Below, piece by piece: positions 60,601-64,000 of a DNA stretch of 64,000 bases. Location of the stretch: NCBI GenBank assembly GCA_000505065.1, contig AWSN01000001.1, positions 626,577 through 690,576 of the forward strand, written 5' to 3'. The notes under the pieces were generated by a model. That model worked only from the letters and a program-made list of their open reading frames with translations, was not told where the DNA came from and searched no databases. Made by a program: the position numbers and the translations under genes. How positions within the stretch are numbered: position 1 is the first letter of the stretch; each line of letters opens with the position of its first letter. The stretch comes from Parcubacteria bacterium RAAC4_OD1_1 (GTDB lineage Bacteria; Patescibacteriota; Minisyncoccia; Phycocordibacterales; UBA9973).

Positions 60601-61223
60601 TCGATGATGTAAGCTATGCATTTCTACCAGACGGGGAAGATTATAAAGTGATAATAAAAGCAGAAGATACTGGAGGGTATGATTTAAGGGTGGAAGAACA
60701 GGATGGAGATACGATAACTGATACAAAATCTTGGTCTATGGTGCCACTCAAAACTTTGGAATCCACAAGTGAATTGATCTTTGGAGATGGGGAATATAGT
60801 TTGCTTGTAGATGATAATGGGGATGGAGAAATAGATAATACCTATGAAGAATCTTTTGATGGTACAGAAGAAGCAAAGAAAATCACTACAATTAAAAAAA
60901 GTACAGGATCTTATTCTGGTAATTATTTAGTTAATAATTATAAAACATCAAATATTTACACTCCAGAAGTAAAAAATTTAGTTAATCAATCAGGAAAAAT
61001 GGAAGATATCAATGAAGATCAAATATATTTAGAAAATGAAAAAACAGAAGAGATTGAAGATATGTCTAATGAAAATGAAGAAGAATATAGAGATGTGATA
61101 GATGAAGATAAACTACTCGCATCTGTGGGGGATACAAAAACAAGTATAAATTTACTTTGGCCAGCATTGGTCTTGTTTGGTTTTTTACTAATATTATTAG
61201 CAAAAATGTTTATAAAATTGTAA
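57633..61223 (+). CDS. Surface-anchored beta-helix + LCAT/PGAP1-like alpha/beta hydrolase (lipase)
   Basis: PVILIPGITG, FPYDWR, IVAHSMGG, LGTPQLGAP, GDETVP, H; beta-helix repeats; C-terminal TM; start moved to ATG 57633. Confidence 0.85.
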   Translation: MKKLKNSSFSFYKKFLSIMFFCAVFTNGFFITRAFAFNEDITQINFVTLPQEIMLDTFSSIITIQAQNTNGESLALGETGHLVLSSTSSTGVFYNANSDSCTDELTNPFKLTINSNWSKKGFCYKDITSGTHTITAYIYEKDWTPITQDIVIIGEEESTPNIFTEITEDIIEDMTWTKENSPYVVSSSINIQKNATLNIEAGVIVKFDTDTYLIVDGALNALGTEEFPVVFTSINDDTVGGDTNDDGESVGSENDWGSILFKSIDKESRLENSISRYSFGGITSYYSAGLEILGLDIDNEILYFGSVGILENIKSTGLYLYDGSELIVKNLKIEKENKYLILLEQSKLDLSDSSINGNNTDLVSVYNKSEAIFDNVSLSNMYEKGMVFYVYQESDLSLNNSDILSNYSGLDISKGSYLNFKNSVLYCDNDGIYVYNNSVLDMDNGEVSCLHDGILIYGNTNANIKNSKISDSLDVGILVFSNDSNSDINILKSEIFNNEYGFVVFNSGIKVNDNYIHDNFSYGAFTNTILDLDFTSNFWGDKSGPAHSSNVPGLGDSISDHILYDPFLKYNPLEKRKDPVILIPGITGTYLYKDYDDYDEIWPNAGSVIFSIRDSFLKDLSLDYNGEQNLNKPIINGDIIRSIESLGVHVFDLLIEDLINQGYVENENLFVFPYDWRFSTFESSDLLKDKIDNILLNGEYEKVDIVAHSMGGLISKEYISKYGKDKIDQLIFLGTPQLGAPKAFKALEYGDSMGFEKFEVPLLRPKTAKFISQNMPSVYELLPSRKYIDKDEGYIIDNRDKEFIRLDYDQTKNLMIEDGRNPLMYPFAEDLHSTIDDLDLSGMETYNFVGCGFGTIGGIEFTKKLSWKKLFLEEKDDYNIIYTDGDETVPLVSAINTIGSKIYFTKGFSHGSLPTSPEIREGILSLLKDGNVEMNENITEDVTSCKILGKIPSVHSPASLHIYDEDGNHTGVNEDGDVEYGIEGVSFDMIDDVSYAFLPDGEDYKVIIKAEDTGGYDLRVEEQDGDTITDTKSWSMVPLKTLESTSELIFGDGEYSLLVDDNGDGEIDNTYEESFDGTEEAKKITTIKKSTGSYSGNYLVNNYKTSNIYTPEVKNLVNQSGKMEDINEDQIYLENEKTEEIEDMSNENEEEYRDVIDEDKLLASVGDTKTSINLLWPALVLFGFLLILLAKMFIKL

Positions 61224-61233
61224 AATATATAAT

Positions 61234-61473
61234 ATGAAAATCTTTAACAAATATTTTTTAGTCCCATTAATATTAACATTACTCGGTTTTTTTATGTATG
61301 ACTCTTGTGCTGATATTGTTTGTTTATTCCCTGGTAATGGTTTTCCTTTGGGGTATTATTATAATAATAATTTTTTAATCACTTTTTTTATTATAGATTT
61401 TATTATATTTATTATAATATATTTTATATTATTAAATATATTTAAATTTTTAAAAAATAAATTTAAATTTTAA
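61234..61473 (+). CDS. Small membrane protein
   Basis: 79 aa, two TM segments, GFPLGYY loop. Confidence 0.6.
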   Translation: MKIFNKYFLVPLILTLLGFFMYDSCADIVCLFPGNGFPLGYYYNNNFLITFFIIDFIIFIIIYFILLNIFKFLKNKFKF

Positions 61474-61514
61474 TATATAATTTTGAATCTTTATAAAGTT
61501 GTAAAATATATATT

Positions 61515-61871
61515 ATGATTCAAAAATTACAAAAATTATTTCATACAGATAAATGGTGGGGAAAAGCATTATTTGTTGCTTGTTTTTATTTAGTTTTCTT
61601 GTTTATTGGTTATTGGTTGTGGTTTTTAGTTTTTTATTTAAATTTATTTAATTTTAATATTTTTACAACTGAAAACATATTACCATCGGTTTATTTTTTT
61701 CTTATATTACCTATTTTAAGTTTTATTTTCTTATTTAAATTGAATTATAAAATAAATTTAAAAATTAATAAAACATTTTTATTTTTTATTAATTTAATAA
61801 TAATTTTATTAAATTTGTTTTTATTTTTATTACTAGGTGTTTATTTTTTTCTTCGCCCCAATTTCTTCTAA
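61515..61871 (+). CDS. Small three-TM membrane protein
   Basis: 118 aa, KLFHTDKWWGK then three hydrophobic segments; extremely AT-rich. Confidence 0.6.
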   Translation: MIQKLQKLFHTDKWWGKALFVACFYLVFLFIGYWLWFLVFYLNLFNFNIFTTENILPSVYFFLILPILSFIFLFKLNYKINLKINKTFLFFINLIIILLNLFLFLLLGVYFFLRPNFF

Positions 61872-61889
61872 AAAATATTAAAAATCTTA

Positions 61890-61933
61890 AACCTAGCAAG
61901 GACCGTCCTTGCTAGGTTGTCCTTGCTAGGTTT
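61890..61933. repeat. REP-like palindrome with duplicated arm
   Basis: AACCTAGCAAGGAC-C-GTCCTTGCTAGGTT followed by a second GTCCTTGCTAGGTT. Confidence 0.7.
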
Positions 61934-62107
61934 AAAACCCAATCAAACCCCGGGGGTTTGGTAAATTGATTTTTATTTATAAATATGATAAACATAATAT
62001 AATATTATTGGTCATTTAAGGTATCCTGTTGAGGTGCCTTAGTTATGCGATGAAAATCGCTGTTTTTTTTCAAAGGGGACTGGTATTGACCGGTCCCTAT
62101 TTTTGTG

Positions 62108-62132
62108 TCTGCATAGGTCCGACCTATGCAGA
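62108..62132. repeat. REP of the RAYT family
   Basis: TCTGCATAGGTC-C-GACCTATGCAGA. Confidence 0.8.
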
Positions 62133-62188
62133 TATGATTGGGGAAGGCGTGTGTGGACACTTTGTGTCATAAGTTATAATATATAAAT

Positions 62189-64000
62189 ATGAAGAAAATA
62201 ATGAAAATCCTGCTTACCCTTACGGCATTTACTCCACTTATTATGTTTAAAAATACTTTTTTCCCTTATGTTTTCGGGGAGAGTTTTTATTTGAGGGTCA
62301 TACTTGTCTTGTTAGGTGTTCTTTTCATATATTCATTTATTTTTTATAAAGATTTTAGAAATGAAATTTTAAACAAGCTTAATCTTGTATTAAGAAACAA
62401 AATTTTTATATCTCTAATAGTTTTTATATTTTTATTGATTGTGAGTACTGTTTTTGCAATAGATAAGACTTCAGCTTTCTGGGGGACACTAGATAGGATG
62501 GAAGGCTTGTCAGCATTTTTATATTTCTTTCTTTTGTTTATTTTTTCTATTCTTATTTTTGAAAATAAAGATTGGCTGAATTTCTTCAAGATTATCCTAT
62601 TTATAACTTTAGTTTTATTTATAAAAGAAGTTATACAGTTTATGGGTGGGGTGGCTCGCCCTCAATCATTTGTGGATAATCCTATTTTCCTTGCAGGGTA
62701 TTTCTTGTTTTCTATTACTTCTGCACTGATCGTCTTTCAATACTCTTCTTTTTTTTGGAAATATTTTTCTTCTACTATTATTATCTTTTCATTTATTGGG
62801 ATATTCCTCACTCAGACGAGAGGAAGCATCCTCGGGCTTTTTGTGGGGCTTGTCGCAAGTCTTTTTTATACACTAATAAAAACTTATAAATCAAAAGATA
62901 AAATACTCAAAAGGTATAAAATTTTATCTAGTGTTTCTTTAATTTTAATTATTTTGTTTAGTTTGACATTTGTACTGACTAAGGAGAACACTTTTTGGCA
63001 GAAAGTTCCCGGACTTTCTAGAGTCGCTCATATTTCCACAGAAGATGACACTACCAACACAAGACTCCTTATGACTAAAGTTAGCCTTGATGCCATCAAT
63101 CCAAAAATTAATGGAATAAAGAAATTTTTGCTCGGCTGGGGTCCTGAGAATTTCTCTATTGCTTATGGTAGTTATTTTGACCCAAAGCAGTTTGATTTTG
63201 AGATGGTTTGGTTCGACAGGCCACACAATAAGATTTTTGATTTGTTTGTTTCTCTTGGTATTTTCGGTCTTTTGTCATATATTATTCTTTATTTTTATTT
63301 TATAAAGTCAGCATTTAAGGATAGACAATTTAATTTTAAAAATGTTGCTATTTTGTTCTTTTCCATTGCATTTTTGATCCATTTATTTTTTGTTTTTGAC
63401 CAAATCACGACATCCATACCTTTTTTCTTATTACTTGGGTATATAGTTTATGATAATACTCTTTTTGAAAATAAAGAAAAAGTAAACATAATTTCAAATA
63501 GATGGAAAAATATTTTTGTCGGATTAGTGTTTATGCTTGCCTTGATCACTATGTTTATTTTCCTCAAAGACACTTTGCCTTCTTATTTGAAGTCAAAGAA
63601 ATACATAATCTGCAGTAGACACGACGACACAGAATGCATTTATAAAAATATAGATTACTTTTTAGATAAAAACATCACAGCAAGAAACAGGATAATGATA
63701 AAGATATTAGATGATTATAAAGATAAAAATAAAGATAAATATAAAATTGAAACCATCAAATACACTCTTAAAAAAGGGGAAGATATCGTAAAATATTCAC
63801 CATATAATTTTAAATTGATCATCAATATGGCCACAATATATAGTGCGATAGGGAAGGATTTAAAAAGTGATTATTATTTAAAAAAAGGAGAAGGTCATAT
63901 GAGATACCTCCAAGATTTTTCGAGCGATAGGCCAGATCTAAATTTGGGACTTGCTATAAACCTTTATTATCAAGATAAATATACCGAATCCCTCATATAT
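62189..64000 (+). CDS. O-antigen ligase-family membrane protein (3'-truncated; absent from the ORF track)
   Basis: Translated by eye from ATG 62189: FFPYVFG, RMEG, NPIFLAGY, TQTRGSILG, GWGPENF, FDRPHN. Confidence 0.85.
   Translation, partial: MKKIMKILLTLTAFTPLIMFKNTFFPYVFGESFYLRVILVLLGVLFIYSFIFYKDFRNEILNKLNLVLRNKIFISLIVFIFLLIVSTVFAIDKTSAFWGTLDRMEGLSAFLYFFLLFIFSILIFENKDWLNFFKIILFITLVLFIKEVIQFMGGVARPQSFVDNPIFLAGYFLFSITSALIVFQYSSFFWKYFSSTIIIFSFIGIFLTQTRGSILGLFVGLVASLFYTLIKTYKSKDKILKRYKILSSVSLILIILFSLTFVLTKENTFWQKVPGLSRVAHISTEDDTTNTRLLMTKVSLDAINPKINGIKKFLLGWGPENFSIAYGSYFDPKQFDFEMVWFDRPHNKIFDLFVSLGIFGLLSYIILYFYFIKSAFKDRQFNFKNVAILFFSIAFLIHLFFVFDQITTSIPFFLLLGYIVYDNTLFENKEKVNIISNRWKNIFVGLVFMLALITMFIFLKDTLPSYLKSKKYIICSRHDDTECIYKNIDYFLDKNITARNRIMIKILDDYKDKNKDKYKIETIKYTLKKGEDIVKYSPYNFKLIINMATIYSAIGKDLKSDYYLKKGEGHMRYLQDFSSDRPDLNLGLAINLYYQDKYTESLIY

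Noticed and set aside
1526-63226. Many short antisense or overlapping ORFs in the track (e.g. 31063-31698, 45007-45471, 62344-62589, 62945-63226)
   Set aside because: Shadows of well-supported genes on the other strand or frame

Overview
AT-rich (roughly 30% GC) bacterial chromosome segment read with the standard code. Gene content points to Patescibacteria/CPR, probably Parcubacteria: type IV pilus cluster, split comEC, rplK with no adjacent rplA, near-leaderless genes. Housekeeping genes include tRNA-His, tpiA, pgk, recJ, rnhA, rpmB, rpsL-rpsG-fusA, secE-nusG-rplK, efp, recA and ftsK. Most notable: (1) a vitamin B12 capture locus with class II RNR, a lone ECF S-component, a cobalamin riboswitch, a DUF4430-like protein and a large surface protein with transcobalamin-like motifs; (2) a four-helix-bundle/winged-HTH gene whose own DNA carries about 21 GACA-core motifs and is bracketed by ~210-bp direct repeats; (3) a ~630-nt highly structured leader before the probable major surface protein; (4) several small dispersed repeat families (RAYT with REPs, CCC-ended MITEs at promoters and start codons, a 95-bp covarying element); (5) a surface lipase followed by stacked small membrane-protein genes. 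All calls come from reading the sequence by eye; no searches or folding programs were run.
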